IMG/VR virus record: IMGVR_UViG_3300043185_000079
DNA: 64,000 bases
DNA from: a virus
Direction: 5' to 3' (one strand)
The notes beneath the pieces were generated by a model. That model saw only the letters and a program-made list of their open reading frames with translations. It had not been told where the DNA came from and made no database searches. The translations under genes were made by a program, and so were the position numbers. Below, piece after piece: positions 38,903 through 48,023 of the stretch. How positions within the stretch are numbered: position 1 is the stretch's first letter; the number at the start of each line of letters is the position of its first letter.

Positions 38903-39466
38903 ATGCACCGGATCAGCTCCATCGTTCTCGCGACCGTAGCCCTAACGGCGGCAACGGGATGCAGGCCCAACCGGGGCACTGCGAATCCAGACGACTACTA
39001 CCCGTTGATCCAAGTCGCGTTCGAGGGGGGCGAGGTTGCGGCGATGATCGGCCGCAACGAGGCCATCAAGGCCAAGGATTTTGCCGGGTGCGTCGCCAGC
39101 GACGTGATCGCGTCCGCGCTCGACAGCGCGGGTCAGGCTCTGGCCGGGAAGCTGGCAGACGCACCCGTGATCCCTGGTTTCGACCTCGACCTCGCCGATT
39201 GCATGGCCATCCGAGCGGACAACCCGACGGGAGACCAGGACGCGGCAGTGCTTGTCCAGGGTATCGCTGGGGTGTCTCTTGCCGTCGCCAAGCACTATGC
39301 CGAGAAGATCAAGGGTGCCGACTGCCGTCGCGGCACGGCCGCGCTCGCGGCGGTCGCGTACGTGGGGGGTACGGTTGCCCCCATCACGGAAGAAATCGCC
39401 AACCCCGACGGCAAGCTGTCCGTGAAGGCTTCCGTCATCGACCTCAAGGCATGCGCAGGATCCTGA
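38903..39466 (+). CDS. predicted lipoprotein
   Basis: Signal peptide MHRISSIVLATVALTAATG|C. Confidence 0.7.
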   Translation: MHRISSIVLATVALTAATGCRPNRGTANPDDYYPLIQVAFEGGEVAAMIGRNEAIKAKDFAGCVASDVIASALDSAGQALAGKLADAPVIPGFDLDLADCMAIRADNPTGDQDAAVLVQGIAGVSLAVAKHYAEKIKGADCRRGTAALAAVAYVGGTVAPITEEIANPDGKLSVKASVIDLKACAGS

Positions 39467-39490
39467 ACCATTGGTCGCACGAGGCTACCC

Positions 39491-39793
39491 ATGTCTGACA
39501 CGCCTGCACGTCGCATCGTGATGTCGAAGTCGGTGGCCCGACAGTGGATCCTCCGACACGCGAAGGTCGAGTACAGGTTCCGAGTGTTCAATCCGGCCGT
39601 GAAGGACTACCCATCGGTGCTGCGCGGGTTCCGAGATGGCCGGGTGAAGCTCGCCGGGGTCTCCCCCCTCCCTGATCTCGGGATCCGGGAGGACTTCGGG
39701 GGCTTCTACGTCTGGTCCTCCGACCTGGGGGCCCTCAAGACGCTTGAGCAGTGGCTGACCAAGCGCGGCCTGGAGACGACCTGGATCTGGTGA
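39491..39793 (+). CDS. hypothetical, probable virion protein
   Basis: SVARQWILRHA motif. Confidence 0.6.
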   Translation: MSDTPARRIVMSKSVARQWILRHAKVEYRFRVFNPAVKDYPSVLRGFRDGRVKLAGVSPLPDLGIREDFGGFYVWSSDLGALKTLEQWLTKRGLETTWIW

Positions 39794-39794
39794 G

Positions 39795-40238
39795 ATGGCA
39801 GCAGTTAGAACGCGTCTGGAGAGCTGCTTCACCTACGCGGTGCGGATCGACGATCCGTGTAATCCGCAGTGGAGGTTCACGATCGTCGTTAACCAGGATG
39901 GCACGTGTGGCGTCCGCGACATCCGTTCCGGACACGGAGGAATCTGCGACTCACTCGTCCAGGTGCCAGGAGTCATCCTGGACGAGATCAACGCCGCCAA
40001 GGCGGAGGTGATGAACATCTTGGCACAGACGAGCGCTATAAACGGTACGTTGAGCTTCGTCGCACAGACGAGCCAGTCGATCGTCTTCGCCACGCCGATG
40101 GCGAATACCGACTACCGCGTCTATGTGACTCTCCAGGACTTCATCGACTACCGGATCACCAACAAGACCACCGTGGGCTTCGACATTGAGCTGAATGTGA
40201 CCTACACGGGCACCGTGCAATACGACGTGTTCGTCTGA
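39795..40238 (+). CDS. structural protein with C-terminal beta-sandwich
   Basis: IVFATPMANTDYRV resembles the C-terminus of the 40771 protein. Confidence 0.6.
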   Translation: MAAVRTRLESCFTYAVRIDDPCNPQWRFTIVVNQDGTCGVRDIRSGHGGICDSLVQVPGVILDEINAAKAEVMNILAQTSAINGTLSFVAQTSQSIVFATPMANTDYRVYVTLQDFIDYRITNKTTVGFDIELNVTYTGTVQYDVFV

Positions 40239-40247
40239 ACAGGGTAG

Positions 40248-40562
40248 ATGCAGATGACCAGTAACAAGAACCTGCCGGATCGTCGATCGCTGGACCAACA
40301 GAAGGCACGCCAATTCCTCCGAGAAGCCCGAGACATCGTCGCGGCACCACTGTGGGGAATTGAGACTGCTTCGCTCGTGGATCGTCTGTACCGTGCCGCG
40401 GACCTCTACGAGAAGGGTGCAAGGGAGTTGCGACATGAGGCAAACAAGATCACGCGGACTCCCGCCTTCCTGGACCAAGCCATGAAGAATGTCGAACAAG
40501 TTCTGCGGCCCGTTGAGCTGGTGGCTCGAGCAATTCGGGCCGCCGCGGAAAAGGCTAAGTAA
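40248..40562 (+). CDS. hypothetical protein
   Basis: 104 aa helical ORF. Confidence 0.5.
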   Translation: MQMTSNKNLPDRRSLDQQKARQFLREARDIVAAPLWGIETASLVDRLYRAADLYEKGARELRHEANKITRTPAFLDQAMKNVEQVLRPVELVARAIRAAAEKAK

Positions 40563-40606
40563 CATGGCCGTTCAACCCTCTAGTACGATGTTCGTCTGAG
40601 GAGCAC

Positions 40607-40717
40607 ATGTCCCGCACGCAGATCGTCCACCGAATCGTCAAGGAGCGACCCGAGATTCGTCGGGAGTTGCAGGCCGAAATACGCCGACACCTCAACGAGA
40701 GGTACGTGTGGGACTGA
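40607..40717 (+). CDS. 36-aa microprotein MSRTQIVHRIVKERPEIRRELQAEIRRHLNERYVWD
   Basis: GAGGAG RBS; not in the ORF track; resembles RRIVKTTIDRPDLRPVL of the 10309 protein. Confidence 0.55.
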   Translation: MSRTQIVHRIVKERPEIRRELQAEIRRHLNERYVWD

Positions 40718-40770
40718 CACTAGAACCCGTGATGCGCACGCTCCGTCAACGCGCGGGGTCCAGGTAACCC

Positions 40771-42372
40771 ATGGCCGTCCAACCACCATTTCGCAGCGAC
40801 GCCTACGAGGTCGAGAACGCCGACGCTCCAGTCGGTCCCCGCTTGATCGAGGCGTCTCTGCTCGACGGGTCGATCAGGTTCACGGACCCACGGAATCCCA
40901 CGGGGATCAACCTGGCCGAACTCGCCGGCCTCCAGCGCGCGCACAACGTGATCGTCGTGTCACAGACCGGGGTGGCGGCCAGCAAGGACGTCGACGGCGA
41001 TCCCATCACAACGATTCAGGGAGGCCTCGACAATGTCCCAGACTCTGCCGATGTGAACGATCCGTGGCTTGTCCTCGTGATGCCAGGCCTCTACGTCGAG
41101 GACGTGATCTGGGTGAAGGACGGCACCACCCTCCGTGGACTCGGCGGCGCCACTCTCCGAGAATCGGGAGCCTTCAGCACCATTCGCATGCGGACGGGGC
41201 CTACCACCGTTCCACGTCGGGTCAGGATCGAGGGGCTGAGGATTGAGAATGCCACGGCCGCGGAGGCGTGCGTCGACATCGACAGTTCCACGTTCGCCAC
41301 CGGGACGTTCACCATCGCGTCCGTTCCCAACATCGGCGACGTCGCGGAGGTGGACGGCACGAACCTCACCGCCATCGCCAACGGCAGCGTTCCAGCGCCT
41401 GGTGAATTTGAACTTGGCCTGACGGTCGCCGAAACGGCCGCGAACCTGGCCCTGGCCATCAACGATCCAGTCAACGGCCTGAACACGACAGTCATCGCCT
41501 CTGCCACGGGTGCCGTGGTCTTGATCCGCGCGCTTCAGCCTGGCGTGGCCGGCAACGCGATTACGATCTCGTCGACAGTCCCCCTGATCATCGTCGCGTC
41601 TGGCGCGACGCTCACCGGTGGCACCGCTGCGAGCCCGTTGTCGACCGTCGGAGACGACCTGATCGAGATCATCGACTGCGACCTGGTGGCGACCGGGGCC
41701 TCGGGATTCCAGGTTCGCGCGTCCTCCGTCAACAACATCTCGATCCGTGGCGGAGACTGGCGAGAGAGCAGCACGACGTCCTTCGTCGACGTGCGCGAGT
41801 GTGCGTTCCTCAGCCTCGTCGAGCTGCCCCGCATGTTCCGCGCAGAGCTGCACTACGACAACACGAATCCGAACCTTCCGTCCATCGGCACGTCGCAATA
41901 CATCGTCCAGCGAGTCACGAGCGACTTCACCCTCGCCTCGGCACTCGTGGGGGTCGGCAGCCTGACGGTGAACGACTCAAACTTCCTGACCAGCGCTTCG
42001 TGGAGCGGAGACTCAGCGGCTCGCACTTGGCACTCCACGCGATGTCGTTACGGAGCGGTCACGCTCGGCGGCACCGGCACCGTGACGATGAGCAACTGCA
42101 CGCGGGGAGCCCTCGTCGCCGCAGGTACCGGCACCCTGGCGGAGAGCATGTCGCAGGGCAGCGCGATCTTCGCGGCCGTTCCCGTCGTCACCGTGACGTT
42201 CGCTGAGCCGCAGCCCGACACCAGCTATCGCGTTCTTCTCGAGTCGACGGTCCCGCCCGTGGCGTTCACGGACATCCCGTTCGTGACGCTCAAGACACCG
42301 ACGAGTTTCGACATCGTTTTCGGAGCCCCACAGGTCGCCACGATCGAGTTCGTGGTTACCCGCGATATCTAG
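40771..42372 (+). CDS. tail fibre/appendage-like structural protein
   Basis: TTIQGGLD...VMPGLYVE beta-helix start; Thr/Gly-rich; TAANLALAIN...GNAITI...LTGG segment. Confidence 0.6.
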   Translation: MAVQPPFRSDAYEVENADAPVGPRLIEASLLDGSIRFTDPRNPTGINLAELAGLQRAHNVIVVSQTGVAASKDVDGDPITTIQGGLDNVPDSADVNDPWLVLVMPGLYVEDVIWVKDGTTLRGLGGATLRESGAFSTIRMRTGPTTVPRRVRIEGLRIENATAAEACVDIDSSTFATGTFTIASVPNIGDVAEVDGTNLTAIANGSVPAPGEFELGLTVAETAANLALAINDPVNGLNTTVIASATGAVVLIRALQPGVAGNAITISSTVPLIIVASGATLTGGTAASPLSTVGDDLIEIIDCDLVATGASGFQVRASSVNNISIRGGDWRESSTTSFVDVRECAFLSLVELPRMFRAELHYDNTNPNLPSIGTSQYIVQRVTSDFTLASALVGVGSLTVNDSNFLTSASWSGDSAARTWHSTRCRYGAVTLGGTGTVTMSNCTRGALVAAGTGTLAESMSQGSAIFAAVPVVTVTFAEPQPDTSYRVLLESTVPPVAFTDIPFVTLKTPTSFDIVFGAPQVATIEFVVTRDI

Positions 42373-42380
42373 GACACACC

Positions 42381-42956
42381 ATGGCAGATGACACCGATTT
42401 CTGGAATGACCTGGTCCTCGGCCAGCAGAGCAAGACGGCCTCCTCTCTCGACGCCTATCTCCAGGCTCGCGAGGCGGAGTCCTGGACCAGCGGTATCCGG
42501 CTCCTCACCGACCGCGGTCGAGAGGCTGCGGCTCTGCAGGTCCCGGTCGAGTCGGGAGCCAGGGTCGCATTCGTCACGAACATCGGCAGCGTGCTCACCT
42601 ACCCGGATCCTCCTGCCCCCGACGCTCTCGGTACCGTGGTGCTGGTGAGGACCGCTGAGGGAGATCAGACGGGGATGGGCGATCTCGTGTTCGTCAAGTT
42701 CGACGACGGGAAATTCCTCGCGATTCACCGCGAACATTTGCGCCGATCCGCGTCCAGCGCCAAGCGAGCGGCTTCGTTTGTGCGCCGAGCGGCGAGCCTG
42801 GGGGACCTCAGCGGTTTCCTCAGGTGGGGTTCCGAGGATTCCACCGATCTCGTTCACAAGGCCACGAGAGACCTGTGGTCGTTCTCGCAGACGGATGACG
42901 GCGATTTCGTGATTACTCGGCTCTTCAACGACACAGGTGCGCCGATCAAGGTCTAG
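42381..42956 (+). CDS. putative virion protein
   Basis: KTAS, KRAAS and RRAAS motifs. Confidence 0.6.
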   Translation: MADDTDFWNDLVLGQQSKTASSLDAYLQAREAESWTSGIRLLTDRGREAAALQVPVESGARVAFVTNIGSVLTYPDPPAPDALGTVVLVRTAEGDQTGMGDLVFVKFDDGKFLAIHREHLRRSASSAKRAASFVRRAASLGDLSGFLRWGSEDSTDLVHKATRDLWSFSQTDDGDFVITRLFNDTGAPIKV

Positions 42957-42985
42957 GGCGCGAAACCCGCCCGGCCCCCTTTCGG

Positions 42986-43000
42986 CGGTGTTTTCGCTAT
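42986..43000 (+). promoter_or_regulatory. candidate late promoter motif CGGTGTTTTCGCTAT, overlapping a hairpin arm
   Basis: Consensus match; GCGAAACCCGCC (about 42960) can pair with GGCGGTGTTTTCGC. Confidence 0.65.
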
Positions 43001-43023
43001 AGGAGGCGGCTGACAAGAACCCC

Positions 43024-43887
43024 GTGTCCTCGCCTGATCCAAAGCGCGTTGCCGAAGCCCATCTTCTCAAGAGGGTCGCGGGCGAGGTCATCTTCAAGAA
43101 AGACCGCGGCGGTGATGTCTCGCAGTGGGCGTACGCCGACCACCATCCGTCAAAACGAGACATTCCTGGCGACTTCAACTACTCGCCATCGCACCAGAAG
43201 CCTCTCGCGAAGGTTCTGCGGTCAACCCTGGCCGCTCTCGGTCATGTGCTCTCCGCCCACAACTCTTTCGCTAAGGTCAAGTCAGCCAGGGTCTCCCCCG
43301 ACGGAAGTCTCGGGGGGCGCGGCTACATCATGAAGATCCACGACATGCGCAAGCAGTACATGAACTGCGTCGAGGCGCTGTCGGCTCTCAGCGACACACT
43401 CTACGACGAGGTCAACGCGCCACACTGGTCTCTCCTGTCGCGTCAAGAGGACACGGTCGACAAGGACACGGTGTCCGCGCTCATTCAGGACTCGGAGAAG
43501 ATCAGGGAGGACCCGCAGGAGTGGGCGGAAGACCAGATCGAGGACGAGTTTGAAGATGACGAGGATGAGAGCAACGAAGAGTTCGACCTTGAGGATGCGG
43601 CGGGACAGGAACTGGATATCGTTGATGACAGCGAGGATGGGTGGACTGTAGACGAGGACGTGGACGAAGAGAACCCGCTGCTTCTCGGTGTGATGGGGAA
43701 GACGGCGAGCGCCCGAGACGTCCGACTCGCACTCCTGCCCCAACGCGTTGCGTTGGACTGGATCGTGGCCCACGAGAACCAGATCCCTGGAGGGGTTTCC
43801 GACAAGAGGCTTCCGACTGACTTCGACCACTTGGTCGAGGACAATCACTACGACAAGCTCGAGACGATCGAGGGAGAGCACACCTGA
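43024..43887 (+). CDS. putative virion protein with acidic tract
   Basis: KRVAEAHLLKRVA, KTAS and QRVALDWI. Confidence 0.65.
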   Translation: MSSPDPKRVAEAHLLKRVAGEVIFKKDRGGDVSQWAYADHHPSKRDIPGDFNYSPSHQKPLAKVLRSTLAALGHVLSAHNSFAKVKSARVSPDGSLGGRGYIMKIHDMRKQYMNCVEALSALSDTLYDEVNAPHWSLLSRQEDTVDKDTVSALIQDSEKIREDPQEWAEDQIEDEFEDDEDESNEEFDLEDAAGQELDIVDDSEDGWTVDEDVDEENPLLLGVMGKTASARDVRLALLPQRVALDWIVAHENQIPGGVSDKRLPTDFDHLVEDNHYDKLETIEGEHT

Positions 43888-46142
43888 TGCCACGCAAGAA
43901 GGCTGATTCGACTCTCCCCCAAGAGCTGAACGAGAACTGGGGATCCAACTTCATGATGGACGGGTTCTGGCACGACATGGACTACGGGCACGGTCTCCGT
44001 GATTCCATCGGGAAGGACCCAGTGCCACAGCCCTCCACGTCAGGCTTCGCGCACCTCCCCGATGGGGTTATCGTGAGCAACGAGGGACTTGCCGAGTTGG
44101 AGGTTCCGGAGGGTGTCGTGCGCGAAGAAGATGGCGGCATGGATCTCGAGGGGCTCGAGATCGTAGCCAATGTCAATCCAGACCTTGATCGGAGCAACAC
44201 GGGGGTGGTTGATCACTCGTGGTTGGCCGATGCATTTCAAGATCCCGAACGTCTGCCGAATGCCCCGTCCTACAATTCGGTCCTCAACCTCCAGGAAGCA
44301 TGGGGAGATCGAACAGACGGGATCCATCGCGTCGAACTCTATGACCGTGAGGTCACGGACTACGAAGCCGTGACGCAGCGGAAGAAGGACGATGATCCGT
44401 TCCAGGCGGACAAGATTTCGCACATCGTCCGTTCGGCCATGCGGCGCTCGGCAATGGGCCATCCCATCGCTGTCATCCTCGACGATGCCCGAGCACAGGC
44501 CGCGGGTGCGCGCTCCCGGATCGCGCGTTCCCTCCGCGCCGTCGAGCTGGAGCACGGCCTCGTCGGCAACGTCTATGTGCGTGCCTCGGCATACCCGGGT
44601 CTCCATCGCGGACGATGGTCACGAGATCTCGCCAAGGCCGCGAAGAGGGCGCGTTACCTCATCGCGCAGTCCGGTCTCGACTGCACATCGTGCGCCGAGG
44701 CTCTGGGTCTGCGCCTCATCACCGATCCCGCGCAGATCGACTGGAACGCTGCGTACGCGCACTACGCCCCTGGGCTGTCGGCCTCTGGGCGGCTCGACCG
44801 AAACGCCACGATCGATGACAAACGCGAAACCCTGCGTCGCGCTTTTCTTGTCGCCGAAAAGTCGCCGACGATGTACATCGAGCCGGGGAGGGTCCGTCAC
44901 TCGACCCCGAGCGACCGCGTAACCCTGGAAGCTGCTCGTCAAGCTCTGACCGGGCCGGCAGTTCCACGCGCTATCGTGTCGGGCACCTCGAAAGCTCGTC
45001 GAGCGGAGTCGTTGCGCTTGGTTCGGAAACTGGGTGCACTCGTGAAAGGGCGGCTCATCACCCTCGGCGAGGCCGAGGAGCTGGCCCGTTCCCGCGCGCC
45101 CGCCATGGCCAGGATCAGGATGGCGGAGACCCTGGCGGCCCGGACCGCCCGCAGCCAGTACAGTGGGGGCGTCGTGCGGGACTCAAGGGTGGCGATCTCG
45201 GGCGCGGACTTCGCCGCTGACACGGGGAAAGCGCTGAAGCACGAGACACGGGCGAAGGTGGCCTCCGTGTCGGAGGACCGCGAGCGAACCAAGATGCTGG
45301 CGAGGTTTTCGGAGATCGCGGAGGTCTACAGGGGTGCCGAGACCAAGGTGCGCAAGATCGCGGCCGCAGTCAAGGCAGGACGGCGCGGAGCAGACATCAC
45401 GCGCCTCGCCGGGAACCTTCTGAACGAGAACGAGCGTCGGCTCGTTGCCTCGATCCTGGATCCGATTCTCGTCGAGGCTGGGTGCTTCGCCCGAGAGTCC
45501 GCGCAGACCTACCAGGGGCCGACGATTCGTCAAGCAGTCGCGGGCTCGCCGGTGACCGTCGTTTCTCCGGTCGAGGCGCGCGCGGCAGTCCGCTGGGCTG
45601 CCCGCCAGTTGAATGAAGGCGCCGTCGGGAATGATCTCGATCAGCTCCTCGCGCATCGGTTTTCGCCGCCCGTGCTCAAGGCTGCGAGCGCAACCTTGGT
45701 CCAGATCCGCCAGAAGCACGAGGGGCTAGCAGGCCACCTCTACGTCGATGCGAGTGTCTATGCCAGCCCCGCCGGAACGGAGGGGTGTGATGCTGGAGCG
45801 CTCCGTCATCGCACTAACGGTATCCGATACCTGCTGGCGATGGATCGGTGCAAGACATGCGTCTTCAAGAACGCTGACGAGACGTGCCAGAAGTATCGCA
45901 AGCAGATCGTGGCCTCCGTGCCGGTCGAGGATGCGGAAGCGTATCGCCGCAACGTGCTGACCTCCCACGCACGCTCGGATGCCGAAGAAACGGCGGCCCT
46001 GTTCACCGATAGCAGCACGGCCATGTCGAATGTCGTGGCGGAGTTCGGCCTCCACAATGCGTCGCTCGACGAGGTGGAGATTTCGGATACGACGGCTCCT
46101 CCGGCGCTGTCCGATATCCACTTCGGAGGGATCGAACTGTGA
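43887..46142 (+). CDS. large putative virion/head protein with internal duplication
   Basis: EHGLVGNVYVRASAY and HEGLAGHLYVDASVY repeats; C-terminal Cys cluster. Confidence 0.65.
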   Translation: MPRKKADSTLPQELNENWGSNFMMDGFWHDMDYGHGLRDSIGKDPVPQPSTSGFAHLPDGVIVSNEGLAELEVPEGVVREEDGGMDLEGLEIVANVNPDLDRSNTGVVDHSWLADAFQDPERLPNAPSYNSVLNLQEAWGDRTDGIHRVELYDREVTDYEAVTQRKKDDDPFQADKISHIVRSAMRRSAMGHPIAVILDDARAQAAGARSRIARSLRAVELEHGLVGNVYVRASAYPGLHRGRWSRDLAKAAKRARYLIAQSGLDCTSCAEALGLRLITDPAQIDWNAAYAHYAPGLSASGRLDRNATIDDKRETLRRAFLVAEKSPTMYIEPGRVRHSTPSDRVTLEAARQALTGPAVPRAIVSGTSKARRAESLRLVRKLGALVKGRLITLGEAEELARSRAPAMARIRMAETLAARTARSQYSGGVVRDSRVAISGADFAADTGKALKHETRAKVASVSEDRERTKMLARFSEIAEVYRGAETKVRKIAAAVKAGRRGADITRLAGNLLNENERRLVASILDPILVEAGCFARESAQTYQGPTIRQAVAGSPVTVVSPVEARAAVRWAARQLNEGAVGNDLDQLLAHRFSPPVLKAASATLVQIRQKHEGLAGHLYVDASVYASPAGTEGCDAGALRHRTNGIRYLLAMDRCKTCVFKNADETCQKYRKQIVASVPVEDAEAYRRNVLTSHARSDAEETAALFTDSSTAMSNVVAEFGLHNASLDEVEISDTTAPPALSDIHFGGIEL

Positions 46143-46693
46143 ACTTGGACACGTGGACCATGAACAAGCCTCCGGCGGTCGTGGAAACTCTCCAATGGCT
46201 ACTGGCGCTCTTGCGGGCGCAGTACTGGATGTACCAGAACCTCCACTGGGAAGTTCAGGGAGACGCGGCCTACGGCAACCATCTCCTGTTCCAGAGGATC
46301 TACGAGGGCGACGACGCCGAGGGAGAGGACGACGACGGTGTCCAAGGGGAGGTCGACGCACTCGCCGAGAAGATGGTCGGGACCTACGGGAACGCGGCCG
46401 TATCCTCCGCGGCCTTGATTGACAAGGTCAACAGGTGGTTGCACACGTGGGATCAGGTCGACTGCCTGTTTCGGCGCGCTCTCTACTCCGAGCGATGCGC
46501 TCGTATCTGCATCCGTCGCACGTACGAGCGTCTCAAGGACCTCGGTGCCATCTCCCTGGGGATGGACGACTTCCTTATGGGACTCGACAGCGGGCACGAG
46601 ACGAACGAGTACCTCCTTCGACAGGTTCTCCGAGCGAAGGAGTCCGCTGAGCGAACCGCCGCAGATTGGGCCGCGTTGAGGAAAGGAACGTAG
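46139..46693 (+). CDS. Dps/ferritin-like protein
   Basis: LHWEVQG...HLLFQRIYE...EVDALAEK ferroxidase-type pattern; start may be 46160. Confidence 0.75.
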   Translation: MNLDTWTMNKPPAVVETLQWLLALLRAQYWMYQNLHWEVQGDAAYGNHLLFQRIYEGDDAEGEDDDGVQGEVDALAEKMVGTYGNAAVSSAALIDKVNRWLHTWDQVDCLFRRALYSERCARICIRRTYERLKDLGAISLGMDDFLMGLDSGHETNEYLLRQVLRAKESAERTAADWAALRKGT

Positions 46694-46696
46694 TTC

Positions 46697-47320
46697 ATGC
46701 CGACCGCCGCACAGCCATCGTTCCAGCTCCTCGTCGCCAACTTCTCAAGGCCGTACCCGAGCCTGATCACGGGCGCAGATCCGATCACGGCTGGCCCCAC
46801 GAAGACGCGGGGAGGATTCGTGTTCGCCCACGTCAGCCAGCTGGGGTTCTCGCCGGACCTCACGCAGCAGGGAGAGGCGAGTTCGGTCGTCGTGTCGACC
46901 ACGAACGTTGGATGGGACCCGTTCAAGAACAATCCTCCTGATCTCCCAGAGGCCGACATCACGGTAGCGAGTGATGTGTTCGCCGGAACGTCGGCCTCCA
47001 TCTTCCTCGGACCGTTTGAGCTGGTCAGCAACCGCGATTTCACCACGGGGGGAGGTGTCGCGGCCACTGCGACCAACATCGCTAACGCGGTGAACAACCT
47101 CCCTGGATACACCGCCTCCGTGGCTGGTCCGACGGTCACCGTGGAAGGTCCAGCAGGCCAGGGGCCGGAAAGCATCCAGTTCAGGGCCGTCTACCGTGGC
47201 GGCACGGAGAACTTCACGTTCGTATGGCCGCGCAAGGAAGGCTTCCTCGGGTATCCGACCGTCGCTCCGATGGAGATCGAGTTCCTGCCTACCACACCCA
47301 ACCACTATCCGCCTCCGTAG
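46697..47320 (+). CDS. structural protein
   Basis: ATATNIANAVN motif shared with the 40771 protein. Confidence 0.55.
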   Translation: MPTAAQPSFQLLVANFSRPYPSLITGADPITAGPTKTRGGFVFAHVSQLGFSPDLTQQGEASSVVVSTTNVGWDPFKNNPPDLPEADITVASDVFAGTSASIFLGPFELVSNRDFTTGGGVAATATNIANAVNNLPGYTASVAGPTVTVEGPAGQGPESIQFRAVYRGGTENFTFVWPRKEGFLGYPTVAPMEIEFLPTTPNHYPPP

Positions 47321-47323
47321 CCC

Positions 47324-48022
47324 ATGGACGCAGCGAAGAACCCATTGAGTCGTGACCAGCTCCTGGCGTTGATCCCTGACGACGCGCAGAGGGTGAAGGT
47401 CGTTGACGAGAAGGGGCAGGAGCGCTGGCGCGACGTAGCTGCGGACGGCCTCGACGCGATCTTGGACAGCGACGAGATTGTCCTTCTCTCTGGTGAGCCG
47501 GTCGTCATGCGCATGCGACCCGGACGCCGTAAGAAGCCTCCGAGGGCCGCACCTCCTCCCGCGGTGAACCAAACAGTCGCACAGCTCCAGGCGTCCAAGT
47601 CACAACATTTTGAAGACGATGCGCTGATCAACAAGATCGATCACGGGATCGACTCCGAGGACGTTCTGTACCTCGTCATGCGGGGATTCGCTGAGGAGGC
47701 AGCGTCGCTGGAGTTCGAGCGTGGGGAAGCCGAGCGCACGGGCAGAGAGACGAGCCAGTTGTCGATCCGGCGCATCAACGCTCTCAAGGCCCTGGCAGAG
47801 ACGTGGATTAAGCGCAAGGAGCAGCTCGCCGGCAAGTCCATCGACATGGAGTCGCCCGCGTTCACCAAACTTTTCGACTTTATCATCGCCACGTTTCGCG
47901 AGGCGATGATGGCAGGGGGAGTTCCGGTGGACCAAGCGGAGATCGTGTTCACGCGCTTGGCCGATCGTCTCAAGGATGAGACGTGGGAGCAGGAGGCGCA
48001 GAACAGGATGAAGGGAGCGTGA
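47324..48022 (+). CDS. putative terminase small subunit
   Basis: Helical protein immediately upstream of TerL; positional evidence only. Confidence 0.4.
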   Translation: MDAAKNPLSRDQLLALIPDDAQRVKVVDEKGQERWRDVAADGLDAILDSDEIVLLSGEPVVMRMRPGRRKKPPRAAPPPAVNQTVAQLQASKSQHFEDDALINKIDHGIDSEDVLYLVMRGFAEEAASLEFERGEAERTGRETSQLSIRRINALKALAETWIKRKEQLAGKSIDMESPAFTKLFDFIIATFREAMMAGGVPVDQAEIVFTRLADRLKDETWEQEAQNRMKGA

Positions 48023-48023
48023 C

